64,000 nucleotides of DNA from assembly GCF_009914755.1 (NCBI RefSeq), contig NC_060930.1. One strand, given 5' to 3'. This stretch comes from the human T2T-CHM13v2.0 reference genome, Homo sapiens. The translations under genes were made by a program, and so were the position numbers. Below are positions 1-14,245 of this stretch, one piece after another. The notes under the pieces were generated by a model. It was not told where the DNA came from and did not search any database. It was given only the letters and a program-made list of their open reading frames with translations. How positions within the stretch are numbered: the first letter of the stretch is position 1; the number at the start of each line of letters is the position of its first letter.

Positions 1-1543
1 TGCTTCAAAATTAACGTTTAAGCAGAGTAGGTGCTTATAAGTTAGTTTTCTCATCATGTTTTAAGATGCAGTCAAACATCTTCAAATGTGCTTATTTTGC
101 CAAATAAAAACTATCATTTATCAAGCACTTACTATGTGTAAAGTTATGTATTACCTTTGTGCAAATCCCTGTTTTAGCCATTATCTTATTTCATCTTCAT
201 AATAATTTATTTTTAGTCTGCAAGAACTGTGGTCTTCTGAATAATGTAAATATGCAGTTATTAGTGCAGCTTTTAAAGAACTGCCTTTGAAATCACTGTG
301 GTCGTCACCAAAATTTCTTTCCATAGCATAATTAATGAGTAAGCAGTTACCGGTGTGTCCAGAATTATATTGTAAATGCCTTGTACATATTTTATTCCAT
401 GTGAATAGCAAGATATATGTATTCTTAATTTATTTATTATAGGCAAATCAGGATGTGAATTGATGAAATTATCTAAACAAATAATAATTGCTTTATATGT
501 AGGAATTAGTTTAGTTTGTCTTATATTGTTGAAATGTTACTATAATTGCAAATAATTATTGATTTCTTCATAAATACTGTAATTACAGTGTGCAAATATT
601 GATACTCTTTAAGGGTTTCTAAATAGTATACTGAAGTGCTTCGCTTCAGTATTCTGTTTTTCATTTTTTCTAGCAATAGCACAATTCTCTATATTTTATA
701 TCCCATTAATTTTTTTATATAATCTTTCTGTCATAACAAACATGTTCTCTTTTGCTTTTTGAAAAACTTACAAGATGTGTATCTAATACTGCTTATTTTT
801 AAGATGCTAACACCTTTAGCTCATTTATTTGAGTGTTGGAAATAAAGTAAATATAGTATTATGTATATTTTTCTGAAATTATTGAAACCTTGCCAAGCAA
901 AAAGCAGTAAATAGTTATATTTCATACTCTAAGAAACTCATCACTGTAATAATAAAATAATATTTTTTCAAAGTGAAATTAAAGAGTAATGTTTGAAAAA
1001 TTTAATAAGACAGACTGATGGAAAATAGGAAACATAGACAAGTAACATTAGAAAAGGAAAAATGTATTTCTTAAAAGGTATGAGAGAACATTACACACAA
1101 TCATATATTGACACATTGAGATATATAAGTGAAGTGGATAATTTCCTAAGAAAACACAAATTTTCAAAATTAATTTAAAAAGTGAATAGCCTGATGAGGG
1201 CTTTAATTAGAGAATTCTTGTTATTGTAGAATTTTAGATCTAGGAAAGCCTTTCACAACTGTATAATAAAACTCCCATAATTTGTAAGTGAAAATATTGA
1301 GGTCCAAAGTTTTTGTGGCCTGCTGAAAACATCCTATTAATTAGCTTTGGAAATTAGGAGGTCATGGGTGATCCCTGTGGGATAAAAGCTTAGGGGAGAT
1401 GCTAGACGGCAAGAAGAAAAGAGGAGAGCAGGTAATATAGAAGTTGAAGTGTGGCTTAATCTTTCAAGAAGTTTGACCACAATTGGAGAAAAGAGAGAGA
1501 ATAAACCAATGAGAACCAGTGAAAACAAACCAGAATACTGGAC

Positions 1544-1563
1544 GGTTGGTTGGTTGGTTGGTT
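1544..1563. repeat. (GGTT)5 microsatellite
   Basis: ggttggttggttggttggtt. Confidence 0.9.
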
Positions 1564-2559
1564 GAACATAGAAACTTAAACAGATTCGTAGGCTAAGAGA
1601 GTGAATACATAAGATAACTAAAGGAAGAGAATGTAGAGATACTAAATATGGAATCAAGCGTAGTTACTATTTTTTGATATTAGATGTGAGAATAGTGGTT
1701 ATCTTTGGGAAGCTTTGGGACTGGCAGGATGGAGATGTTCTAAATTTTTATCTTGATTACAGTTACATAGGTGTATGTATTTATACAAATGAATCAAGTT
1801 TTATTATAATATTTATTGTGGATTAAAAAGCATATTTATTTGTAAAAATTTATCACTCTCTCTGCATGGGTGAGTGGGCTTTTGAAAGGTAGCCTTCACA
1901 GTACGTACATCAAAGATGAACCAGTATATGAGAGTTTTTTCCCTTTGGGGGAGAATATTAATCTCTGACATTCTGAAAGTAGAGGTGAAGGAGAAAGGAG
2001 AGGAGGAGGGTCTTATGGTTTAATACATACACTTGTTCCTGCTTGTACACCTATCCACTAGTGAGATTGGTATCTGACTTCAGAAACCAACCCATTTGAT
2101 TTCTCCAGAAACTAATCTTCCCTGTGACAATGCTGAGCTGTGTTGGCTAGAGAAGGAAACACAAAGTTTCAGCTATTCTGTACGTCGATTTTTCAACCAA
2201 CCATTCTTTTTCAGCCCCATATAAAACTGCGTAAGCCTTCTGTTTCTGGTCCCCACATTCAGAAAGTCCACAGAGTGAATAAGCTTTATTACAAACAACA
2301 TTTCTATTACCCACGCCCTGCCCTGCCACCCTATAAGCAGGTAGGCTATAACTTTCTCTACCACTCTTTGTCAGTTAAACCTTCTTTCCTCAGAATCTTC
2401 TGAATTTGTCAACACCTTGAGTTCATGGTGTCTACTGCCTATTATTTTTTCTTTGTGACTTAATAATTTGGTCATTTTAGTGTGGTTTGGGAGGTAGAAG
2501 ACAAATCGGTAATGTTTAATTAAAAATTTTGGACTACATTTTCCAAATGACATTGTTGC

Positions 2560-5496
2560 TAATATAGAAAACTTAGATTAGTTTATTGATCTCAGTGTAT
2601 AGGAAATAAAATTTTATATGTTGATCTTGCATCCAACTAGCCCGTTGATTCTTTTTACTATTTCTAATAGTTTAAAAATTGATTATTTTTGGATTTTCTA
2701 ATAAGGAGATATATTATCTGCAATGACAACAATGTGTATCTTTATTTTTGTCTTTTCTTGTATTGTTTTCGTGAGAAACTCTTGTACAACTTAGAATAAT
2801 AGAAGTGATGGTAGACATCTTCCTTTTTTTCATGACTGATGGACATTAATCTAGTATTTTACTATTACAGATGATTTTCAGTACAAGATTTCAAAAGATG
2901 ATCTTTATTAACCAAGAATGTTCACTTCAATATATAATTTCCAAATAACATTTTTTAAAATTATTATTTGGGTTCTGAATTATATCAAATGCTTTCACGT
3001 TTATTAATGTGACCATATGATTTCTCTTCTTTAATCTGTTGATGTAATAAATTATGGGGAGGTCATTTTTGATGTTGAGTCACCCTGCATTACTGGACCC
3101 ACTCTGATTTGATACTGATTTATTATCCTTTTACTGTATTTCTAGACATAATCTTTTATTTTGTAATTTCACATTTATGTTTGTAAGTGGAAGTGGCTTA
3201 CAGCTTTCTTGCTCATTTCGATATCAATGTCATGCTAGCCTCTTTAAAAAATGAGTTGGATACTTCTAATCTTTCTCTTTGACCCGGAAATGGTAATGTG
3301 AATTTGGATGTTGCTTACATTTGTTAGAATTTGCCTGTTGGTGTATGGAAAATGATACTGAAATGATACTGAAAATGATACTGAATTTCTACTTTTTTTG
3401 AAGGACTACTTCTTCCATTATGACTCCATTTTATCTGTTATTAGTTTTATCTCTCATAATTTATGTTTTACTAGAAAAACGTCCATTTTATGTAGCTTGT
3501 CAAGGGTGTGTGTATATATATATAATATGTATAACTGTATATATATATATATGTATGTATAACTATTTTCATTCCTAAACTTATTTATTTTGCTTTTTCT
3601 CTCACCTTTAAATATCATCACAATGGCCAAGGTTTCGCTGCTTTATTGGTCTTTCAGAGTCAGCTTTGTCTTTATAGATGAATTTTACTGTTCTTCAAAT
3701 TTTCTGGTTTGTTAATTTCCGATTTTATCTTTTTAAAATCTATTCCTCTTGATTTCTTTAAGTAGCCCACTAATTTTCATCTTTCTCTTGTTTTCTATCT
3801 ATTTAAGTCTAAAAATATTCTATTATCATAGCAAAATTTCACAAGTTTTCATATATATGCTGCCATAATTGTTATTCAGTTCTAAATAGTTTATAATTTA
3901 GAGTTTTAGTTTCTCTTTAATTGATTATTTAAAAGCTTTTTCCTCCAAAAGGTGCAGAATTTTAATTTTGATTTCTAATTTTATTAAATTGTGGTCTGTG
4001 AAAATGTCCTGTGTATTATAAACTTCTTGAATTTATTTTATTTCACTTTCTATCCTAAGAGGTTCCATTTGTATATTAAAAATCTAGACATGCTCTGTTT
4101 TTTTATGTACAATATTACAAAGAAAGAATGTTAACCACTTTTATTTATTGCATTATAATCATCAATATTATTATTTCCTCCATTTTTGGTTACTTTCTGA
4201 GAGCTGTATGTTAGGTTCATCATTATAATTTTAGTTTGACAGTTCATCCTTGCAGTTTTCTCAGTTTTTGCTTCATATACTTTGAAAAATTATTATTGTT
4301 TTTATAAAGATGTGTTCCTTCTGTATCTTCTTTGTGCCTTGCTCCTTTTATTAGTATGAAAAGTCCCTCTTCATCTTTTTTATTTTTCTCCCAATACTAA
4401 CATTGTGACATCTGGTTTTTACATGTTAGTATTTGCATAAGCTAGCTCTTTTCATCTCTGTTCTCTATTTTCCTGTGTCAGTCTTTGGGTTTGAAGTATG
4501 TCACATAATTACATTACTGGAATTAGACTTTTTTCATCCAATATGAAAGTTTCTAGCTTTTAACAAGTAAATACAAAGTATTACCATTTATTGTGATTTT
4601 TGATGTTTGGAATTAGTTTATTTCCTTACTTTATTTTCTATTTCTCATGTTTTCTAGTTTGTTGTCCTCTTGCTTACCTTTAATTGAACAGATAGATTTT
4701 TCTTAGTTCAATTTTTTCTGCTATTTTACAAATGTATTGTTATTATTTTTTGTGGTTACTGAACCATTAACATAAATGTTCAAGCGTATTTTTCTATAAT
4801 CTAGAATTAATCAGTATCTCATCCCTGAGAACATCTTAAAAAAGAGGTTTAGAATACTTTTATGTTCCTCTACTCCCTTGCAACTCTAATCTCTCCCATC
4901 TTTGAACCCTTCCTGATATTATTTTCAATTTTATATCTTCATGGCTATATTTTTAAAATTATATAAATTTATGTAAAATAAACATTTATTTAGACTTATT
5001 ATTTTCTTTTTTAAACTATTTATGTATTTATTTATTTTTAACTATTATTTTAAGTTCCGGGGGTACATGTGCAGCTTTGTTAGACATGGAGACTTACCAC
5101 TTTCTTTGCTATCCATCAGTTCTTTTATCTTATTCCCTCCTCTTGGACTTCTTATTGTTAGTGGTTTATATTGTCTAGCAATTCTTTCAAAGAGGATCTT
5201 GAGGTAATTAACTTCAAAATTTCTTCCAATTTAAAAAATATCTTTCTTTATGCCTCTCTCTTGAACAGTGGCTTGGCTGGGTGTAGAATTCTATCTTCAA
5301 AGTTACTTTCTCTTAGAATGTTGAGAATCTCTTTCTACTGCCTTCTTGTACCCTGGGTTGCTTGCAAAGAACCTGATGTCAATCTGATTCTGATTTCTTC
5401 GTCAATATCTTTCTTTTTACTCTGATAGCTTTTAAGATTTTTCTCTTTATTCTCTGTTTTCACAGATTTCATCAAAGTATATGTGCTTGTGCATGT

Positions 5497-5532
<36 letters not shown>

Positions 5533-5800
5533 CTTTAGTCTCTCCTACGCCGGGAGAATTTTTACAGTGTTTTGAGAAAATTTTCTGTAATATATCTTTA
5601 AATGCTACCTTTCCCCCAAATTTCCTGATTTCTGCCTTCTGGAAATACTTTTAAATAGACTTCAGAACTTCTGTGTCATCCATGCATTATGACCTTTCTA
5701 CTTCCCATGTCTTCATTCCTGCTCCCAATACCTAATTTTGGGCTATGGTACATATTGTCAATTTGTTCTTTATATACTTTTGTTTTCAAGGAATTTCTCA
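2560..5800 (-). mobile_element. Ancient degraded L1M (L1ME/L1MC-like) ORF2 region, antisense; boundaries approximate
   Basis: Long T-rich tract with antisense L1 ORF2-like phrases (tatgttgatcttgcatcc, ttggattttct...atattatctgcaa, ttatatcaaatgcttt, gctgggtgtagaattcta). Confidence 0.65.
5502..5530. repeat. (TG)~14 microsatellite
   Basis: Direct reading. Confidence 0.95.
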
Positions 5801-6539
5801 CAGTCTCTAGTCCATCACAGTTAACACTTCTTATTTTTTCCTGTTATTTTAAGCAATCTCTTCTATTGTGTCTAGGAATTTGGTGTGAAGGATGTACATG
5901 AGAGTGTTAGGTAAAAACAGTGCTCAGTTTGACAACTTAAATCCATTTTCAAGTTTTGAAATGTTTGCCAATAACATTCATCAGCTGTGACACTGATGAG
6001 ACCAGTTAGGGGTTTGGCAAGGCAGGAAAATCAGAAGAATTGAATGATGAACTTGAAATGCTAGTGAGTCTCACATTTGGAAAGGTGAACTGTGAGGCTT
6101 AGCCATAGTGGAAGTCGACACATGGAGACATTTGAATAAAGAAAAACTGTAGGACCAAAGTTCAAAATAGTGAGTCCAGTGATAGTGATAATTGAACAGT
6201 TGCCAAGATATGAACCTCGTCATGGAAAAGGAGATTCAGGATTTGAGGCTTGTAAGTGAAAAAACCCTAGTACTGAGGGGATCTAAGGGATGATTGATCA
6301 CTGGGGGCTTACTGATGTGGATTTGGGTTATGTAAGAAAAGAGATCAAACAATCCTGAGACCTGAACACTAGAAAGGCCAGTTTTATGGAAGCTGATGTG
6401 TCATTTGTGGAAAATAATAAAGTTCATTTGAAAATTGCTATTCATAAAAGTTATATTGTAAAGACTTTTGCAACTTAGCCAATATGACATATAAGTAGAA
6501 AAATCAGTGTGTGTTTCCTTGTATGGAGTGTTTGATTTT

Positions 6540-7317
6540 CTTTTAACTTTTAAGTTCAGGGGTACATGTGGATGTTTGTTACGTAGGTAAATGGGTGTTA
6601 TGGAGTCTGGTTGTACAGATTATTTATCACTTAGGTATTAAGCCTAGTACCAATTAGTTATTTTTCCTGATCTCCTTTCTCCCTCCCTCCACCCTTCGAT
6701 AGGCCCCAGTGTCTGTTGTTCTCCTCTGTGTGTCCATGTGTTCTCATCATTTAGCTCCCACTTATAAGTGAAAACATGCAATATTTGGTTTTCTGTTCCT
6801 TAGTTTGCTAAGAATAATGGCCTCCACCTCCATCCATGTTCCTGCAAAGGATATGATCTCATTCTTTTTTATGGCTGCATAGTATTCCATGTTGCATATG
6901 TACCATATTTTCTTTATTCAGTCTATCATTGTTGGGCATTTGGGTTGATTCCGTTTCTTTTCTATTATGAATACTGCTGCCATGAACATACACCTGAATG
7001 TGTCTTTATAATAGAAAAATTTATATTCTGTTCGGTATATACCCAGTAATGGGATTGCTGGGTCAAGTGATATTTCTGTCTTTAGGTCTCTGAGGAATCG
7101 CCACACTGTCTTCAACAATGGCTGAACCATTTACAATTCCACCAACAGTATATAAACCTTCCTTTTTCTGCACAACCTCAGCAGCATTTGTCACTTTTTG
7201 GCTTTTTACTAATAGCCATTCTGACTGATATGAGATGGTATCTCACTCACTATGGTTTTGATCTGCATTTCTCTTAATGGTCAGTGATGTTGAGCATTTT
7301 TCATACACTTGTTGGCC
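6540..7317 (-). mobile_element. 5'-truncated older L1PA (L1PA13-16-like) with 14-bp TSD
   Basis: Antisense L1 3' end plus ORF2 C-terminus (ORF 6918..7130); TSD GAGTGTTTGATTTT at 6526-6539 and 7318-7331. Confidence 0.9.
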
Positions 7318-9547
7318 GAGTGTTTGATTTTATACTAATTCTTCACATGCTGAAGCAAAGTGTAGCTCCTTTTTTTCTATTTTTCAAGATCATAGTTTTT
7401 GCGATGCTCTTTATATATGGTTAGTTTTGCGACTTAAACCTCTTTAGTCCACATGTACACATTCCTTAAGTTGAGATAGCTTACCTCCATACTTGGAGCA
7501 ATTTAAGGATAAATAGTTTATCCAGCTATTGTAGAATACTATTGTCTGAAGACATAGGCCTTATTTCTTTAGCTACAACACATTTCCCCATAGTCTGTGA
7601 CCATATTATTGTACGAAGAGGCATGATTATTGAAATAAATGTCAGTGGCTCAAAATTACATGTGCTTCAATTTGTATTAGAATTAAAGTGAATACCAGGG
7701 AGATGTGAAGTAATGAACACAATATACAGAAAGTAAATGTTAAAATCTCTGTACTCAGACATTGAACATGTCATTATTTCTTATAAAATTTCAGTACACC
7801 AACACTTAGGGTCTAACATTTCAACATATTTACAGTTTGGTATAACTCTTTATTGACAGTTTAAAAATAGAGATGGACTAGCTTTGCTAGTGCATACAAT
7901 TTAGTTGAAACAAACGTGGAGGAAAATGAAAGGGTAACTAATGACTTAGAAAGGTTATCTAGTCTTTGGATAGCAAGTGGAAGAGTTGTCTTTGGAATTC
8001 AAATGGATTGGTGACTATAGATCAAAAATAAGCAAACTAGTCAGCCTGCAGATATTTAAACCGTAAATTGGAAAAAATAAAAGTCTTAATGTGTCAAGAA
8101 TAGGAGGAATTACAATTGGTTAAAGCTACTGCATTATACCTGAGACTAGAGTATAGGTATGAGGAAGTTTTCAAGTATTCCATGATTTTATCATTTTTAT
8201 AAGCAGAAACAAGTACTAAATAGGTTTAAGTACTACATGAAACAAAGATTCACATGCTGAAAAATTGTTTTGTTTTACTACTGCTTATAATAATGATGAT
8301 AATAGTTATATTTGGTTGGGCACTTGCTGTATACCTAGCACAGTGCTACTCAGCTTCTTAACATTATCTGTCATCATTTACACAACCTGGTGGATAAACA
8401 TGCTGAAGTTCATTTTATAGGATTAGAAGAACTGGCGAACTAAGTCAACATCTGGTGAAATTTAATAAAATTAACAAATCCTATGAATAATTTGGGCCAA
8501 AAAATTCTAGTAAGATATTCTGCATTAGCAGTGGATGGTGGTAGAGATGAGAAGATATGGGTTATAGTTTTATTTCTTTGTATTGGTTTTTTTTACAATT
8601 TTTAAAATTCTACTGTCTTTGTTTTGCCATTTTCCGTTTTTAAAAATGGTAAGACTGAGAATGACTGACAAAAGAACAAATTAGTCCTGTTGTTGGTTCT
8701 GGTTTATAAAGACTTGCATTTCAACAAGATTTATAAAGCAATTATACCAACAGTGAAAAAAGTAGCAACCTTTACCAAAATGAAGCTGCTGATCTTTTGC
8801 TGATGAGTCACAACTAATGATAAGCACATTCAAGGTGATTAAGTTACGTGAAGAAAAATATCTATAAAATCTTAGCCCTGTACTGCTGGTGACATGATTA
8901 GCTTTTCAAAATTACTTGATGAGGACACACATTGCAAAGTAATAGTATAGAAGCATTGTATTAAGTACTTTAAAATACATATTTTATTTTTGTACTATGT
9001 TATTAGCCAAACCTCATTTTGTACTTTGCTGTTACACCTTGAATATCATGCATGTATAAGAGCAAACTAATCTTTTTCTTTTGAAAGGCTGTTACTCTTA
9101 CAGATATAATTTTAACATCAACACAGATAAAACAACAAAGAACGATTATCTGTTAAAAGGGAAGAATAAAGAATGTAGCCAAACTAATTATGCAAGATGT
9201 CTGTAACAAATTAAATCAAAGAAAAGAGAATTTTCATAATTATGTTTTAAAAATTCAAGTAAAACAATAATTTTAATCTCCCTTGAGTTCAAATTTACAT
9301 TCAGGGTTCTTCTCATAAAAAATTAAGTGCAAAAATGAAATTAGACTTTTTTTTTCCATTGTAAATACTGTATAGAGCATAAAGACTATAGGGTTTATAA
9401 TTTCTGTAAATAATTACTCTTGTCACTGAGGAGAAGTAGATATTTGAAATAAAAGCAATGAATCAGAGATTAACAATCCCCTGAAGAACATATCATTTTC
9501 CCTCTCCCAGGTTCAGTGTGAGTCTTTTTGTTTGTTTGTTTCCACAG

Positions 9548-9698
9548 AGTATCTGCACAACCACCACTGCATTTTTGCACTTTTTCTTCCTGGCTTCATT
9601 CTGTTGGGTTTTGACTGAGGCGTGGCAATCATATATGGCTGTAACTGGAAAAATTAGGACACGGCTTATAAGAAAACGCTTTTTGTGCCTTGGATGGG
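9548..9698 (+). CDS. ADGRB3: ADGRB3 exon, 151 nt, TM3-ICL2-start of TM4
   Basis: ttccacag|AGTATC...TGGG|gtaagc; encodes [50 protein letters not shown](G); phase 0-1. Confidence 0.97.
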
Positions 9699-10597
9699 GT
9701 AAGCATATTGATATACCGTTTCATGCTCTTCTCAAAATGACGTTGAACACACATTAGAAAGCAGTCATGAGTGATTAGACACAGGCTACTTTGTGTCTAA
9801 TTTAATCTATGGAAGTGAAAATACATGAGCTGGTCAGTTTTGAACATTCATTGGTCATTTGGAACTTTAAAAGGAAGTAAGTATTGAATGCTCATTTAGC
9901 TAGTCAGTTAACATTCAACAGTGTCTAGATAGTATGAAATGAGACCCCGAGATGCCTACACACAGAAAAACAGTGCTCTCTGTTAATATTTTCTGAAAGT
10001 GCAAAATACCTTAAAATTTTCAAGGCCTAATGTGTGATGGTTCACTAGGCATGTACTCCCACCAAGAAAACTTAGAAGATTTCATTTCAAGAAATCTCAA
10101 AGCAATTAAAGAATAAAAGCGATTCATTTCATAGGGAGAACACCATCTAGAGAATTAATGAAACCTCACAGCTTGTTGACCTGGTCCTCAAAAGCAGAAA
10201 CAGAATTGCTGACAGACTGAGAACTAATTCTTTACTTGTGTTTATTAAGAAGTTTCTCTCAAATTGCCTCATGACATGGACATCTCAAAGATCTATATTA
10301 TAGGGCCAATTCTAATGATAGCCTAGTTAATTTAAGAAGCTACTTTTAGAAAAAGCCCAAATATACAATAATATCTACTGTATTAGAAGACTGGCATATG
10401 GGATGCTAGGAGGAACCTGGGAAATTACAAATAAGTGTGCTTATAACAATTCCAGAATTATTTAGGCTGGAAAAATATGATCAAGAACACGTAAATATTA
10501 TTCATTAGGTTTCAGCAAGGTCTATTATGTCTAGCTAATAAATTAGGACTTTATCCACAGACAAATGGAAAAGCAATTAATAAGAAGTTGAAGAGTA

Positions 10598-10951
<354 letters not shown>

Positions 10952-11451
10952 TTAGAATTTCATCAAATTTTTGTCTAAATTTCCTGACAAAGGCCTTCTA
11001 AAGTTGAGATAGTATTTAAATCAAGGGACACTTTTGCCATGAATTAGTACCATTCTAAGAAATACAGAATACAGGTAAAAGAACACATTTTTTGATGAAG
11101 AACAAAACATGGTGATTTTCAAGATTAGTGACTACCTTGTTTAAAATTATTACTAAAGATTTTGAGGAGAGGGTTCACAGACAGTCTCCGTATTTACAGC
11201 TAATATTAAACTACTCTAGGTAGCAAAAACCTGAACTGATGGTGCTAAAGTATCAGAAAGTTTATGGGTTGGCAGAATAGTGGTGTGTGTGTTTCATTAT
11301 GAACAAGTACAATAAAATGAATCTAGAAAAAATTTAATCTAAATTGTATGAAATAAATACTATTAATTCTTCAGTTATAACCCATGAGGAATTTTTTTTT
11401 CCTAATGAACTTGGTCCAGTCAATCAAAAAAAATCAACAAATGACATGTGT

Positions 11452-11540
11452 GGAGGAAGAGGAGAAGGAGGGACAAGAAGAGGAGAAACAGAAGGAGGAA
11501 AGGGAAGAGGAGGAAAGGGAGGATAAGGATGAGGAGGGGA
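11452..11540. repeat. Purine-rich (GGA/GAA) low-complexity tract
   Basis: ggaggaagaggagaaggagggacaagaagaggag... Confidence 0.85.
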
Positions 11541-12495
11541 CTATATATTTATAATTTTATATACATATATGTATAGTCACCAGTGTTTGTTTAACACTAT
11601 GGTGTGTCCTTCTGAGATGTTTTCCATAGTTCTTGTCATTAAATCTCATGAAGGAATGTGATGCCACTAGAGAAGGCTCACAGAAGAGAATAGCAGGAGG
11701 TATGTGAAATGATAGTAAGAAAGAAGACAGACAGAGGACATACAATAAAATGATTAGATGACGGATTTTTCAACCGGAAAAGGCAAACATGATCTTCCTG
11801 AAAAGAAGGCATAACCAAAACTAAAAAAAAAATCTTTAAACAGCATAGACTAGAGACTCTACCAAAATACAGGGGGGTTCTATTGAACTTGAATGAGGTA
11901 AGTGTAATTCCCATAAACGTAAACTAAAAGAAGATGCTAGCTCAGAATTGGAGCAGGTATGTAGGTAATTGAACTCCCTGTTTCTACATTCTTGTTATTA
12001 TAAGCAAATTATAAAGAAAGTGTTAACTCATAAGATGTATGTTTTTTTCTGTCTTATTATAAGTACAGCTTGATGTGGATCAATATGTGGCCAATGGAAT
12101 GTTCCACTTCTCCGATATTACATCATACCAGAACATCCAGTTTTTGCCTTTCTGATTTTATAACTATAAATTTCCTTTATAACAGTGTAAACCCCTAGGG
12201 AAAAAAATAACTTAAAAGATGTACTAAATCTCTGTTATTACTTCCATTTAAACCCGTGTCAAATGTGGTGGTAACCTAGCAACACCAGAGAAGTGCAGTA
12301 AGTTAAAAGCTCAGGTACCTCTCTCATATTTTTCAACTTGAAAGAAATCCTGTAATAGAAACATACCTTGTGAAGTGACTCATCCAAAGATAGTTTATCT
12401 AATTTGAGCACCTGGAGTTTGTTCTGGCTTTTCTTAGACCAGTATGCATAGTGGTTATAGCTAAATATGAATGCGTGACATTGCTTTTCTTGCAG

Positions 12496-12565
12496 GTTTA
12501 CCAGCATTAGTAGTGGCCACATCAGTAGGCTTCACCAGAACAAAAGGATATGGCACTGATCACTA
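12496..12565 (+). CDS. ADGRB3: ADGRB3 exon, 70 nt, TM4-ECL2
   Basis: ttcttgcag|GTTTACC...CACTA|gtaagt; (G)[22 protein letters not shown](Y); phase 1-2. Confidence 0.96.
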
Positions 12566-13722
12566 GTAAGTCCATCCACAGAGATAAATCATGTTTATAA
12601 TTTAACAAATCATCAAAGAGTCTTGGTTGGCACTGCTGATGGCTTGCAGTTTATCATGGAATCATTAACAATGGTAGAAATTGCATTAGTAAGGAACAAA
12701 ACAAGGTAGCTTAAATCTACAAAGGTTAAGAAATAAATGTTGTGGCACTATTCAGAATCTTTGTTTTAGTTTCCCATTTCTTAATAAGACCAGCATATTT
12801 GGCTTTTAAAATATTTCAATATTTATTTTGCATGCCCAATCTCAAATAAATTGAGAACTGGATAAGTCTTGACATACTTACTTTTTAGAACGTGGTGCTG
12901 CTATGAGCTTCTAATTCCATTGATGATAATGTGTATTGTTATTAACCAAGTTTTGTCATGTTAGTTCAAGTTTTCTTGCTATGTTAGGGTAATGCATACT
13001 AAAAATTATAGATCAAGGGAACCAATGGATTTTACATTAGAAAATACTTGGACCGTGGAAGAAATTAAAAGGGAGAAAAGGTATATGATATCAGCTTATT
13101 TTATAGTGGTAGAGCTGATAAATTCTGTGAGAGAATTTGTGTTTGAATTTAACATTTTAAATCTAAACAGTGCACTTTCATGTTTTATTTTATCTGCATC
13201 CAAGTTGAGGAGGCAGTTAAGAAGTGGGGAAAGAAATGTGCATCTTATTAAAAGCATATGTTTTAAAGCATGATGTTCTGTTTAATTATTTTGGGTTTGA
13301 GGTAGGAATCACTGCCAATTAGACCCTCTGATAGGTTCGTACAAATTGTAAACATACTGAGAGATATTATTTCACCTGTTTATCCTAAAGAAACTTCTGA
13401 AAAGTTTAAGACGCTCCTGTCATCAGAGCATTTTTGTGCCATCTATAGTATTTTTAAAAATTCTGATAGCATAGATGGCACAGTACTGGTTACTACAGCA
13501 CTAGCACCTTAATTTATTACTTTTTACAATAGCATAATTATTGGTATACATCTATTTTTGGAAAGTCACTGTATTGAGAATATGGGAATAAGTAAGGTTA
13601 TATATGTGATGGTTCCTACTTTCAAAGAGTTCATAATTAAAGTCCAATACAATACAATAAGTAATGCATTTATTTTATAGCCATAAGTTTTTATAACAGT
13701 GTAAACCCCTAGGGAAAAAATA

Positions 13723-13895
13723 AAAGATATACTGAATCTCTATTAGTATATCTTGAAAGATATACTGAATCTCTATTAGTATATCTTGAAAGATATACTA
13801 AACCTCAGTTTGAAGATTAGTTTACATAAAATTACAGTGGGAATTTAGTGGCAGAGATTAGTTTACACAAAAATACAGTGGGAATTTAGTGGCAG
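13723..13895. repeat. Compound tandem repeat: 33-bp hairpin unit x2.4, then 41-bp unit x2
   Basis: Units at 13723-13755, 13756-13788, partial to 13800; 13814-13854 and 13855-13895. Confidence 0.92.
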
Positions 13896-14127
13896 TCTTA
13901 GAGACACAATCTAAAGTGTTCTGTCAGACTAAGGTTTTTTTCTCCAGGTATTTTATTTAAAAATAGATATTAAAGTGGAAAAGTACGGTTTTATCTTTCT
14001 GCTGTTATGTCAAGGAGCAATAACTAAATGCAGGCTTTGAATATACATACACATATTTGGGTATATCTATGCTGATATAGTATCTCTTTGTGTACATATA
14101 TAATTACCTTACATACTAGGTAAATAT

Positions 14128-14245
14128 GTTTAAGATATAATTTACATAGAGTAGCATTCACCCTATTAAGTGTATAGTTCTGTGAGTTTTGCGAAATACA
14201 TAACTCGTGTAACCACCATCACAATTAACATAGAGCAGTTTATTG
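14128..14245 (-). mobile_element. L1MB/MC-like 3' end fragment
   Basis: tttaagatataatttacata...aagtgtatagttctgtgagttttg...gtaaccaccatcacaatt. Confidence 0.65.

Noticed and set aside
9518-9757. 79-aa ORF as a separate gene or truncated isoform ending ...[19 protein letters not shown], with AATAAA at 10112
   Set aside because: It is the 151-nt exon plus intronic read-through. AATAAA is very common in this AT-rich DNA, so intronic polyadenylation cannot be supported without 3'-end data.
11344-11540. Gly/Arg/Glu-rich ORF and possible H-DNA in the purine tract
   Set aside because: Low-complexity artefact; no long clean mirror repeat identified.
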